The notes: generated by a model from the sequence alone, not told the origin. A stretch of 32,000 nt of DNA from Mucisphaera calidilacus (GCF_007748075.1 NZ_CP036280.1:1830001-1862000), one strand, 5' to 3'; numbered from the stretch's first letter, positions 8,703-17,096 are shown. A program made the numbers and translations.

Positions 8703-8728
8703 TGTGGATGTGATCTACGATTCGATGC
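8703..8728 (+). repeat. direct repeat, copy B
   Basis: TGTGGATG-TGATCTACGATT-cGAtGC. The exact 14-mer TGTGATCTACGATT is at 8709..8722, 373 bp downstream of copy A. Confidence 0.7.
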
Positions 8729-8765
8729 GCATGGTCTAAATACAAGCAAAAGATCAGCAATAGGA

Positions 8766-8786
8766 ACGGGTCAGAACCTGACCCGT
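8766..8786 (-). terminator. hairpin downstream of trpC (possible terminator)
   Basis: ACGGGTCAG-aac-CTGACCCGT is a perfect 9-bp stem, 30 nt past the trpC stop. The downstream minus-strand sequence is only moderately U-rich. Confidence 0.4.
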
Positions 8787-8815
8787 GGCTGCCGAGTGGT
8801 GGTGGATGCGTCGCG

Positions 8816-9634
8816 TCACGCCCCGTTCATGGTTCCGTGGATGAGTTCGTAGAGGGCGAGGCCGGGGTCGGGCTGGCGCATGAGGTGTTCGCCGACGAGG
8901 ACGCGGTGGACGTGGGCGAGGGCGAGTTTCTTGATGTCCTCGTGGGTGCGGATGCCTGACTCGGAGACGAGGATGTCGAGGTTGGGGACTTCGCGGAGCA
9001 GGTCGAGGGTGTGCTGGAGGTCGGTGGTCATGGTGCGGAGGTTGCGGTTGTTGATGCCGAGCAGCGCGTAGGCGGCGAGGGGGAAGCCGAGGTGGGGCGT
9101 GACCTGAATGAGGGATTCGAGGTCGTGGACCTCGATGAGGGTGGTGAGTTTGAGTTCGGTGGCGAGGATGAGCAGGTCGATGAGCTGGGACTCGCCGAGG
9201 CACTCGGCGATGAGGAGGATGGCGTCGGCGCCGGCGGCGCGGGCCTCGTAGACCTGGTAGGGGTCGACGATGAAGTCCTTGCGGAGGACGGGCAGGGTCA
9301 CGGCGGCCTTGATCTGTTTGATGTAGGCGAGGTCGCCCTGGAAGTATTTCTCGTCCGTGAGGCAGGAGATGGCGGCGGCGCCGTTGTCGGCGTAGGCGGT
9401 GGCGATGGCGACGGGATCGAAGTCGTCGCGGATGAGGCCGGCGGAGGGGGAGGCCTTCTTGACCTCGGCGATGACGCGGAGGGTGTTCCTGGGCCGGGTG
9501 ACGGCGGCGAAGAAGTTGCGGGGCGGCTCGGTGTCGGCGGCTTGCGCCTTGAGATCCTCGAGGGGCGTGCGGGCGCGAGCGGCGAGGATTTCCTCGCGTT
9601 TGTGCGTCACGATCTCGGCTAAGACGTCCACCAA
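8816..9634 (-). CDS. trpC: indole-3-glycerol phosphate synthase
   Basis: 272 aa. Motifs are VIAEVKKASPSAG, AISCLTDEKYFQG, LRKDFI and NNRNL. The start is TTG at 9634 or the adjacent GTG at 9631. Confidence 0.93.
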   Translation of the reverse strand: MVDVLAEIVTHKREEILAARARTPLEDLKAQAADTEPPRNFFAAVTRPRNTLRVIAEVKKASPSAGLIRDDFDPVAIATAYADNGAAAISCLTDEKYFQGDLAYIKQIKAAVTLPVLRKDFIVDPYQVYEARAAGADAILLIAECLGESQLIDLLILATELKLTTLIEVHDLESLIQVTPHLGFPLAAYALLGINNRNLRTMTTDLQHTLDLLREVPNLDILVSESGIRTHEDIKKLALAHVHRVLVGEHLMRQPDPGLALYELIHGTMNGA

Positions 9635-9763
9635 GGCCTGGTCTCCCGTGTTTGTGAGGGTCTTTCAGCATAGCCGAGTGATCGGGTCGGGGTGTGGCGT
9701 GTGGGGTCGGGGTGGGGTAGTCTTCCCGCACCTGCGACCCGCGTGCTGAGAGGTGTAGTTGCT

Positions 9764-10294
9764 GTGCCGAAGATAGGTTTGTTGTCGGATTCTCACGGCC
9801 GGGCGTCGACCACGGAGCGGGCGGTGGAGATGCTGGTGGACGCGGGGGCGGAGATGCTGCTGCACCTGGGGGACGTGGGGACGGTGGAGGTGATTGACGC
9901 TCTGGCGGAGGTGGACGAGGCGGGCGAGCGGATCGAGGCGCACCTGGTCTTCGGGAACACGGACTGGGACCTGGAGACGCTGCGGCGGTACGCGGAGGGG
10001 CTTGGGGTCGCGGTGGCGCACCCGGCGGGTCGCCTGGAATTGAAGACGGGGCTGCTCTATTTCTGCCACGGCCATCAGCCGGAGGTGATGAAGGCGGGTC
10101 TGCGTGAGGGTGCTCGTTACCTGTGCCACGGCCACACGCACCGGACGCTGGACACGGTGCAGGGCCCGACGCGGATCATCAATCCGGGGGCGCTCTTCCG
10201 TGCGGAGACGTACACTGTGGCGCTGCTGGACACGGACACGGACGAACTGGAGTTTCTGACGGTGGACGAGGGCCCGGGGCCCCGGCCGAGTTAG
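9764..10294 (+). CDS. metallophosphoesterase, YfcE/MJ0936 family
   Basis: Motifs are IGLLSDSHG, HLGD, GNTD and CHGHTH. The GTG at 9764 gives the family-typical N-terminus. The track start at 9692 adds a non-homologous G/W-rich extension. Confidence 0.8.
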   Translation: MPKIGLLSDSHGRASTTERAVEMLVDAGAEMLLHLGDVGTVEVIDALAEVDEAGERIEAHLVFGNTDWDLETLRRYAEGLGVAVAHPAGRLELKTGLLYFCHGHQPEVMKAGLREGARYLCHGHTHRTLDTVQGPTRIINPGALFRAETYTVALLDTDTDELEFLTVDEGPGPRPS

Positions 10295-10310
10295 ATTCTG
10301 GTAACTTCGG

Positions 10311-10829
10311 ATGACTTTACCCGGAATGTCGTTGACACAACCCCCCTCCCCTGAGACTGACACGGACCTGATCATCCGCTCGTACCGGATCGAGGATCAG
10401 CCCGCGGTGTCGCGCCTGTACACCGACGGCCTGCTCTCGGGCCAGATCGCGCCGAACGACACGGGCGCGGACGTGGACAACGTGCTGGAGGCCTACTTCG
10501 ATCACGACCGACACCACTTCTGGGTGTGCGAGCTTGAGGGCGGCGTGGTGGGGATGATCGGCGTAGGGAGCGACGAGCGGGACACGGCGGAGATCCGGCG
10601 TCTGCGTGTGGAGCCGAGACTCCAGGACACGGATATCGCTCAGCAGCTGGCGGAGACGGCGGTGGGCCACTGCAAGAAGCACGGCTTCCTGAAGGTGCGT
10701 CTGGACACGCGTTACAAGGGTGATGCGGTGTTCGAGCTGTTTTCGCGGCTGGGCTTCAAGCACAACCGGACCAAGACGCTCAACGAGAAGGACCTGCACG
10801 AGTTCTATCTGGACCTGTACGGGGAGTGA
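10311..10829 (+). CDS. GNAT family N-acetyltransferase
   Basis: 172 aa. The pattern is typical of GNATs: IRSYRIEDQPAV, then FWVCELEGGVVGMIGV, then an acetyl-CoA motif-A-like region IRRLRVEPRLQDTDIAQQL. Confidence 0.8.
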   Translation: MTLPGMSLTQPPSPETDTDLIIRSYRIEDQPAVSRLYTDGLLSGQIAPNDTGADVDNVLEAYFDHDRHHFWVCELEGGVVGMIGVGSDERDTAEIRRLRVEPRLQDTDIAQQLAETAVGHCKKHGFLKVRLDTRYKGDAVFELFSRLGFKHNRTKTLNEKDLHEFYLDLYGE

Positions 10830-10909
10830 ACCGGCCGGCGGGTCGGGTTCGAGCGGGCGGGCAGCAGATTGTGAATCAGGCGGCGTGGGGAGCGTGAAGG
10901 GGTCGGTGC

Positions 10910-12232
10910 TCAGCTTGCGGGCGAGAAGCGTGAGCCTTCGAGGGGGATGCGTCGGTTGATGGGCGGGTCTTTGGGGAGCAGGTAGCCGAGGTAGGGAGCG
11001 GTGAGCGCGAAGGCGATGTTGGCGATGAGGAACATCCACCAGCTCGTGAGGCCGTAGGCGACCATGAGGGTGACGACGAGGAGCATGACAAGCATGAGGG
11101 GGATCATGCCGCGCCAGGCGAGTTTCATGAGCTGGTCGAAGCGGAAGCGTGGGAGGGTCCAGCGGACCATCATCATGAGCCAGAGGAGGACGAAGACCTT
11201 GAGGGCGTAGATCTTGACCTGGAGGACAACCATGAGGACGCCGCCGAGGAGGGATCCCTCGGCGAGGAGCCCGAAGAAGGAGCCGTCGTTGACGCGTGGG
11301 ATGATGCTGACGCCCGGGAGGAGGTCGGAGCCGCCGAGGAACATGAGGGTGAAGAAGGCGGCGGAGGTGATCATGTGCATGTATTCGGCGAGGAAGAAGA
11401 GCGCCCAGCGGAGGGAGCCGTACTCGGTGTGGAATCCGCCGACGAGTTCCTGTTCGGACTCGGCGAGGTCAAAGGGAGCGCGGTTGCACTCGGCAAGCCC
11501 GCAGATGAAGAAGATGACGGCGATCATGGGGTGTGCGAAGAGTCCCCAGGCACCGTTCATCTGGAGGAGGGTCATCTCGGTGGTGGAGGCGGACTGGTAG
11601 GTGATGATCATGATGAGGACGCAGATGGCGAGCGGGATCTCGTAGCTGAGCATCTGCGCGGTGGCTCGGAGCCCGCCGAGGAAGGAGTACTTGTTGTTGG
11701 ATGCGTAGGCGCCGAGGACCACGCCGTAGACGCCGAGGGATGAGACGGCGAGGAGGTAGATGACGCCGAGGTCGGCGGGGAAGACGGTGACGTAGGCAAG
11801 ACCGGGCTGGATCCACTCGGTGCCGGCGATGACGAGACCGGGGAAGTCCCAGACGCCGCCCCAGGGGATGACGGCGGCGCCGACGAGGGCGGGGACGACG
11901 ATGAGCATCGGCGCGATGTAGAAGAGGACCTTGTCGACGTTGGCGGGGGTGTAGTCCTCTTTCCAGACGAGCTTGAGTCCGTCGGCGAGGGCCTGGCCGA
12001 GCCCGAGCATCTTGTTCTTGCGTTCGAAGAGCCAGCCGAGTCCGAGCATGCCCCAGATGTCGTTGAGTCCGAAGGAGAAGTTGGTGCGGTTGGGCCCGTA
12101 CCGGTCCTGGACGTAGGCGGCGACCTTGCGTTCCATCATGATGAGGTAGGCGCAGGTGAGTTGAATGACGGGCACGGAGGCCGCGATCACGAGGAGGCTG
12201 ATGAAGAGTTGGGCGCTCACGGGCGGCTCCAC
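10910..12232 (-). CDS. nuoH: NADH-quinone oxidoreductase subunit H (long form)
   Basis: 440 aa and polytopic. Motifs are MERKVAAYVQDRYGPNR, ADGLKL.WKED and APFDLAESEQELVGGFHTEYG. It starts at a GTG. It stands alone, flanked by genes on the opposite strand on both sides. Confidence 0.92.
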   Translation of the reverse strand: MEPPVSAQLFISLLVIAASVPVIQLTCAYLIMMERKVAAYVQDRYGPNRTNFSFGLNDIWGMLGLGWLFERKNKMLGLGQALADGLKLVWKEDYTPANVDKVLFYIAPMLIVVPALVGAAVIPWGGVWDFPGLVIAGTEWIQPGLAYVTVFPADLGVIYLLAVSSLGVYGVVLGAYASNNKYSFLGGLRATAQMLSYEIPLAICVLIMIITYQSASTTEMTLLQMNGAWGLFAHPMIAVIFFICGLAECNRAPFDLAESEQELVGGFHTEYGSLRWALFFLAEYMHMITSAAFFTLMFLGGSDLLPGVSIIPRVNDGSFFGLLAEGSLLGGVLMVVLQVKIYALKVFVLLWLMMMVRWTLPRFRFDQLMKLAWRGMIPLMLVMLLVVTLMVAYGLTSWWMFLIANIAFALTAPYLGYLLPKDPPINRRIPLEGSRFSPAS

Positions 12233-12304
12233 TTCGGGCTACAGTGTGGCTGGAACAGATCCCCCGCCAGTGGAAAAGGTAGGGGCGACGGAGTGACCGA
12301 GCAA

Positions 12305-13867
12305 ATGAGCGATCAGCCAGCGGTGAAGCGTACGGACGAGTCGGTGAAGGAGACGCTGGAGTCTCTGGTGATCGCGTTCGTGTTCGCCTTCATCTTCCGG
12401 GCGTTTGTGGTGGAGGCGTTCGTGATCCCGACGGGGTCGATGGCGCCAACGCTCCTGGGCCAGCACCTGCGCGTGACGTCGGACGAGTCGGGCTACCGGT
12501 ACACGGTGGACAACCCGGGCACGTGGTCGACGTCGGGGCTGGACCGTGCGCGGCGTGCGGGGGCGTTCGACCCGATGACCGGTGCGGGGACGCGTCTGGG
12601 GGGTGCGGTGACGTCGCCGGGCGACCGGATCCTGGTGCTGAAGTACATCTACGAGTTCACGGAGCCTCGGCGGTGGGACGTGGTGGTGTTCAAGGACCCG
12701 CACACGCCGAAGACGAACTTCATCAAGCGTCTGGTGGGCCTGCCAAACGAGGAGCTGGTGATTCTGGACGGGAATCTCTACACCCGCCCTGCCGGCTCGG
12801 TGACGGACAGCGACTGGCGTGTGGCGCGGAAATCGGATCGCCCGAAGGTTCAGCGTGCGGTCTGGCAGCCGGTCTATCACTCGCAGTACGTGCCGCTGGA
12901 CGAGGGGGCGCGGGCGAATCGGGGCCCGGGCGTGCCGACGTGGGAGAACCCGTGGAAGCCGACGCGGGGTTCGAACTGGGACCTGACGGATCGACGGCGG
13001 TACCGGCTGACGGGTGACGCGGGGGAGCTGCGTTTTGACTTTGGTGCCGGGGATTACGACCGCCACGCGGCCCGGTATGCGTACAACCAGTTCTCGGCGG
13101 ACTCGACGGTGGAGCAGATCGAGGACGTCCGGCTGTCGGTGCACCTGACGCCCAAGAACGACGGCCAGACGGTCTGGTTCGAGAGCACGGCCCGGCTGGA
13201 CGACCCGGAGCTGAGCCGCGAGCGTGTCCGTGTGACGATCGAGGCGGACGGTCGCGTGCTGCTGGAGGCACCGGACCGACCGGAAGACCGTCGTCTGCTG
13301 ACGCGCGGGCAGATCACGCCGCTGCGGGGCAGGCAGGACGTGCATCTGGAGTGGTGGATCGTGGACCAGTCGGTGCACCTGTGGATGGACGGGGATCGTC
13401 TGCTGGAGTGGACGTGGGAACTGCCGATGACGGCGTTGATCGAGCGTGGCGTGCCGGCGGAGACGCCCTCGCTCGGGATCGGCCTGTCGGGCGGGTCGTG
13501 CCTGATCCACCGGATCGAGCTGGACCGGGACCTGTTCTACAGCTCGGCGAACGGCGGGACGGATGCCCGGGCGGCATATGTGCGTCTGGGCCGGAACACG
13601 CGTGGCGATACCCTGACGCTGGGGCCGGACGAGTTCTTCTGCCTGGGCGACAACAGCCCCCGGAGCAGCGACGGGCGTTACTGGCGTCAGATCGATCCGT
13701 GGGTTGCGTACCGGAACTTCGACGCGGGTCGTGACGGGCTGGGGATCGTCCCGCGGAGGCTGCTGATCGGCAAGGCGTTCTTCGTCTACTTCCCGGCGCC
13801 GTTCCCGCTCTACGGGAACCGGATGGCCTTTGTGCCCGACTTCGGGAACCTGCGGTTTATCCATTGA
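12305..13867 (+). CDS. lepB: signal peptidase I with large insertions
   Basis: The catalytic Ser is in IPTGSMAPTL and the Lys in FIKRLVGLPNE; GDNSPRSSDGRYW is also present. A TM anchor (LVIAFVFAFIF) precedes box B. The ATG at 12305 is preferred, because the track start at 12161 overlaps the nuoH start. Confidence 0.88.
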   Translation: MSDQPAVKRTDESVKETLESLVIAFVFAFIFRAFVVEAFVIPTGSMAPTLLGQHLRVTSDESGYRYTVDNPGTWSTSGLDRARRAGAFDPMTGAGTRLGGAVTSPGDRILVLKYIYEFTEPRRWDVVVFKDPHTPKTNFIKRLVGLPNEELVILDGNLYTRPAGSVTDSDWRVARKSDRPKVQRAVWQPVYHSQYVPLDEGARANRGPGVPTWENPWKPTRGSNWDLTDRRRYRLTGDAGELRFDFGAGDYDRHAARYAYNQFSADSTVEQIEDVRLSVHLTPKNDGQTVWFESTARLDDPELSRERVRVTIEADGRVLLEAPDRPEDRRLLTRGQITPLRGRQDVHLEWWIVDQSVHLWMDGDRLLEWTWELPMTALIERGVPAETPSLGIGLSGGSCLIHRIELDRDLFYSSANGGTDARAAYVRLGRNTRGDTLTLGPDEFFCLGDNSPRSSDGRYWRQIDPWVAYRNFDAGRDGLGIVPRRLLIGKAFFVYFPAPFPLYGNRMAFVPDFGNLRFIH

Positions 13868-14004
13868 TCCAGCAGGGCTGCGGGGGCCGTGTCGGATCAC
13901 GGGCGTCAATATGAGCAGGTATCCCGGCGGGTTGCGCAACTCATTGTGAGAAAAGAATCAGAAACGGGTTAGGCCGGATTAACACGCCACACGTTGCGGT
14001 CATT

Positions 14005-14013
14005 TTATCCACA
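14005..14013 (+). promoter_or_regulatory. perfect DnaA-box 9-mer
   Basis: TTATCCACA is an exact match to the consensus, in an AT-rich non-coding stretch. A one-mismatch copy, TTTTCCACA, lies at 14212..14220 in the same orientation. Confidence 0.35.
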
Positions 14014-14260
14014 GTCTGGCCGCCACTTGGCAATATCGAGCACGCCCGCTAATGCCTGATGTTCAGGATGAACTCATCTTTTTTATTGGACGAGTGAAGG
14101 CGGTTTTTTGCTGGGTTTTTAGGCACGCCCCGAGAAGGTTAGCCGGTGAGATATGGTGCGACGACGTCGATGGCGATCCTCGTAAAGGCACGAGCGGGCG
14201 TTGTTCAGACCTTTTCCACATCCTCCCTGGCGAACACCATTCGGGCTCTCCCGTATATCC

Positions 14261-14276
14261 CGGCACAGTATTTGCA
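14261..14276 (+). promoter_or_regulatory. sigma-54 (RpoN) -24/-12 promoter candidate
   Basis: cGGCACagtatTTGCA compared with the consensus TGGCACG-N4-TTGCW. The GG and GC dinucleotides have exact consensus spacing, 72 nt upstream of the ilvN ATG. Confidence 0.55.
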
Positions 14277-14347
14277 CATAGAGAATGTAACCGACCTGAG
14301 CGGGTCGTCAGGTGCGTTTGTGGCGGGGTGATATACTTTCGGGTCTC

Positions 14348-14926
14348 ATGGAAACAGATCACACACGACACATAATCGCGGCCCTGGTGACCAACGAACC
14401 GGGCGTTCTCTCGCAGGTTGCGGGCATGTTTGCGGCCCGGGGGTTCAACATCGACTCGCTGGTGGTGGGCCGGACGGAGAACCCGCAGATCTCCCGGATG
14501 ACGATCGTGGTCATGGGGGATCAGGCGGTGCTGGAGCAGGTGCGCAAGCAGCTGATGCGGCTCGTGCCGGTGGTGAAGGTGGTGGATTACCGCGAGGTGT
14601 CGCACGTGGAGCGCGACCTGCTGCTGATGCAGGTCTCGACGGAGGGGGATCAGGGCAAGCGGACCGAGCTGATCGAGCTGGCCAACCTGTTCCGGGCGAG
14701 GGTGGTGGACGTGTCGGACGACCGGCTGATGATCGAGATGGCGGGCGCGGAGGAGAAGCTCGAGGCGTTTATCCGTCTGGCCGAGCCGTTCGGGATCCTG
14801 GAACTGGCGCGGACGGGTGTGATCGCTATGCCGCGAGGCGCGGCGGCCCCGATGGCCCGGCGTGCGGGTATGGCAGCGGCCGCGGCGGCTTCGGGGGTTG
14901 ACGACGCCGATCTGCCGCCCGGCTGA
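14348..14926 (+). CDS. ilvN: acetolactate synthase small (regulatory) subunit
   Basis: From the ATG at 14348: METDHTRHIIAALVTNEPGVLSQVAGMFAARGFNIDSLVVG, an ACT domain, then the AHAS small-subunit C-terminal domain (RELLL-type segment RDLLLMQV). It has an Ala-rich C-terminal extension. Confidence 0.9.
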   Translation: METDHTRHIIAALVTNEPGVLSQVAGMFAARGFNIDSLVVGRTENPQISRMTIVVMGDQAVLEQVRKQLMRLVPVVKVVDYREVSHVERDLLLMQVSTEGDQGKRTELIELANLFRARVVDVSDDRLMIEMAGAEEKLEAFIRLAEPFGILELARTGVIAMPRGAAAPMARRAGMAAAAAASGVDDADLPPG

Positions 14927-14982
14927 TCGCGTCTGGCGTTGGTCTGCCTAGAATTGTCTTTGAACCCTGAACCGAGGCGCTG

Positions 14983-15390
14983 ATGCTCCGCACGATGCTG
15001 CTTGGCAAGATTCACCGGGCGACGATCACGCAGTGTGACCCTGATTACATCGGCTCGATCACGATCGACGCGGACCTTCTCGAGGCGGCGGGGATGCTCC
15101 CGAACGAGCGTGTGCTGGTGGCGGACCTGGACAACGCGGTGCGTTTCGAAACGTACATCATCCTGGGCGAGCGCGGGTCGGGGATCATCGGCGTGAACGG
15201 CGCCGCGGCACACACGGTGGCGGTGGGCCAGAAGGTGATCATCATGTCGTTCGGCCAGTTCGAGAACGTAGGGCTGGAGGAGCACGAGGCGCGTGTGGTG
15301 GTGGCGGACGAGCGGAATCACATCGCGCAGACGCTGAGCTATCCGAGTAGCCTTTCGGGGAAGCCACAGGCGGTTGAATCGGGTTCCTGA
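14983..15390 (+). CDS. panD: aspartate 1-decarboxylase
   Basis: 135 aa. It begins MLRTMLLGKIHRATIT and has the self-cleavage Gly-Ser in YIGSITID. Confidence 0.93.
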   Translation: MLRTMLLGKIHRATITQCDPDYIGSITIDADLLEAAGMLPNERVLVADLDNAVRFETYIILGERGSGIIGVNGAAAHTVAVGQKVIIMSFGQFENVGLEEHEARVVVADERNHIAQTLSYPSSLSGKPQAVESGS

Positions 15391-15411
15391 TCCTCTGCGC
15401 GGGTCTGCTCC

Positions 15412-17055
15412 ATGCTGAAACTCAAGCCGATCCGGATCAGCCTGGCGAACAAGTGCCAGCTGCTGTTTGGTGCGGCGGTGGTGCTGATCCTGACGGCGGC
15501 ATTGATCGTGGTGGCGATGCGTATGCAGGCGCTGGTGGAGGCGGCCCCGCTCGAACGTGCGCGCGACTTCGCGACGGCGTGGCTGAACAACCACATCCGG
15601 CTGGGCAACGCGTTGCTGACGATCGAGGAAGGCGGGCGGGGCTTGCCGCCTGACCGTGATTTCGGCCTGACGCTGATCGAGGACTTCGAGTTCGAACGGG
15701 CGTCGGGGCTGGACCCGTTTCTGGCGCGGACGATCGACCGGTTCAGCACGACGCGCAAGCACCAGACGTTTGATATCGCGGAGGACACGGCGGGACGACG
15801 TTTCTACCGGTATGCGCGGGCGGTGCGTTCGTCGGACCTGGTGAGTGCGCAGCAGCTGGCGACGGGCAACGGCCAGGCGCAGGAGCCGATCGGCCCGCCC
15901 GAGATGATCCTGCTGATCCAACTCCGTGACGACCGGGTGGCGGTGGAGGCGGCGACGAACCGGATCTATCTCGTGGGGGCGGGGACGCTGTCGGGCCTGC
16001 TGGCGATCGGGGTGTTCTGGTTCATCACGACGCGGATCATTCTTTCGCCGGTGCGTGTGTTGCGGGATTACGCGGGGCAGGTGTCGCGTGGCGACCTGAA
16101 CATCCGGTCGGACATCAACACGGGCGACGAGTTTGAAGAGCTGTCGGACGTGTTCAACCAGATGCTCGAGTCGATCCGGGACAACCAGGGGCGGCTGTCA
16201 GACGCGAACAAGAGCCTGGACGTGAAGCTCGGCGAGCTGGCGGCGTCGAACGTGGCGTTGTACGAGGCGAACAAGGTGAAGGGCGAGTTTCTCGCGAACG
16301 TGAGCCACGAGCTGCGCACGCCTCTGAACTCGATCCTGGGTTTCGCGGAGGTGCTGAGCGAGTCGCTCTCGGCGCGGACGGGGCCGGTGGACGAGAAGCG
16401 CAAGCGTTACGTGGGGAACATCCTCGCGTCGTCGCGGCACCTGCTGAACCTGATCAACGACCTGCTGGAGGTGGCGAAGATCGAGGCGGGCCGGGTGGAG
16501 GTTCGGATCGCGCCGGTGTCGGTGGACGACCTGACCGAGGGCTTGATCAACCTGATGCGACTCCAGGCGGAGAACCGCTCGATCGCGCTCAAACGCCGGG
16601 TGGAGCCGGACCTGCCGATCCTCGAGACGGACGCGAACAAGCTCCAGCAGATCCTGTTCAACTTCCTGTCGAACGCGGTGAAGTTCACGCCCGACATGGG
16701 GACGATCACGCTGTCGGCGTCGCTGATCCCGGAGATCCCGCACACGAAGCCGGCGCAGGTTCGGCTCTCGGTGTCGGACACGGGGCCGGGGATCGCGCCG
16801 GAGGATCAGCAGAAGATTTTCGAGAAGTTCACGACGCTGGACCCGTCGGTGACCAAGGAGCACGGGGGCACGGGACTCGGGCTGACGATCTGCAGCGAGT
16901 TGGCGGAACTGTTGGGCGGGAGCATCGAGCTGGACTCAGAACTGGGCAAGGGCGCGACGTTCTCGCTGCTGGTGCCGGTCAAGGCTGAGCCTGTGGGGCC
17001 GATCCGTCGTCCGCCGAGCGGTCATGGCTCGGAGATTCTTGCGGGGGAGCTGTAG
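15412..17055 (+). CDS. sensor histidine kinase (2 TM, periplasmic domain, HAMP, HisKA, HATPase_c)
   Basis: The H-box is SHELRTPLNSI, the N-box LSNAVKFT, G1 DTGPGI and G2 GGTGLGL. A HAMP-like segment (ILSPVRVLRDYAGQVSRGDL) follows the second TM helix. There is no adjacent response regulator. Confidence 0.9.
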   Translation: MLKLKPIRISLANKCQLLFGAAVVLILTAALIVVAMRMQALVEAAPLERARDFATAWLNNHIRLGNALLTIEEGGRGLPPDRDFGLTLIEDFEFERASGLDPFLARTIDRFSTTRKHQTFDIAEDTAGRRFYRYARAVRSSDLVSAQQLATGNGQAQEPIGPPEMILLIQLRDDRVAVEAATNRIYLVGAGTLSGLLAIGVFWFITTRIILSPVRVLRDYAGQVSRGDLNIRSDINTGDEFEELSDVFNQMLESIRDNQGRLSDANKSLDVKLGELAASNVALYEANKVKGEFLANVSHELRTPLNSILGFAEVLSESLSARTGPVDEKRKRYVGNILASSRHLLNLINDLLEVAKIEAGRVEVRIAPVSVDDLTEGLINLMRLQAENRSIALKRRVEPDLPILETDANKLQQILFNFLSNAVKFTPDMGTITLSASLIPEIPHTKPAQVRLSVSDTGPGIAPEDQQKIFEKFTTLDPSVTKEHGGTGLGLTICSELAELLGGSIELDSELGKGATFSLLVPVKAEPVGPIRRPPSGHGSEILAGEL

Positions 17056-17096
17056 GGGGTATAGTCTTTCGGGATTGACTCTCGAGGAATGAGGCC

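Noticed and set aside
12161-12304. An N-terminal extension of lepB from the track start.
   Set aside because: It overlaps the nuoH start region on the opposite strand and adds a charged, non-signal sequence. The ATG at 12305 gives the normal short cytoplasmic tail followed by the TM anchor.
13868-14347. The chromosomal replication origin (oriC).
   Set aside because: There is only one perfect and one near-perfect DnaA box. There is no cluster of boxes, no clear 13-mer-type DUE repeats, no dnaA/dnaN nearby, and no switch in gene orientation across the site. It is kept only as a possible DnaA-binding site in the findings.
14052-14375. A 107-aa ORF (and a 61-aa ORF at 14146..14331) inside the long intergenic gap.
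   Set aside because: It has no Shine-Dalgarno sequence, an odd Cys/Arg/Trp-rich composition, atypical codon usage, and it runs into the ilvN start. I treat the region as non-coding.
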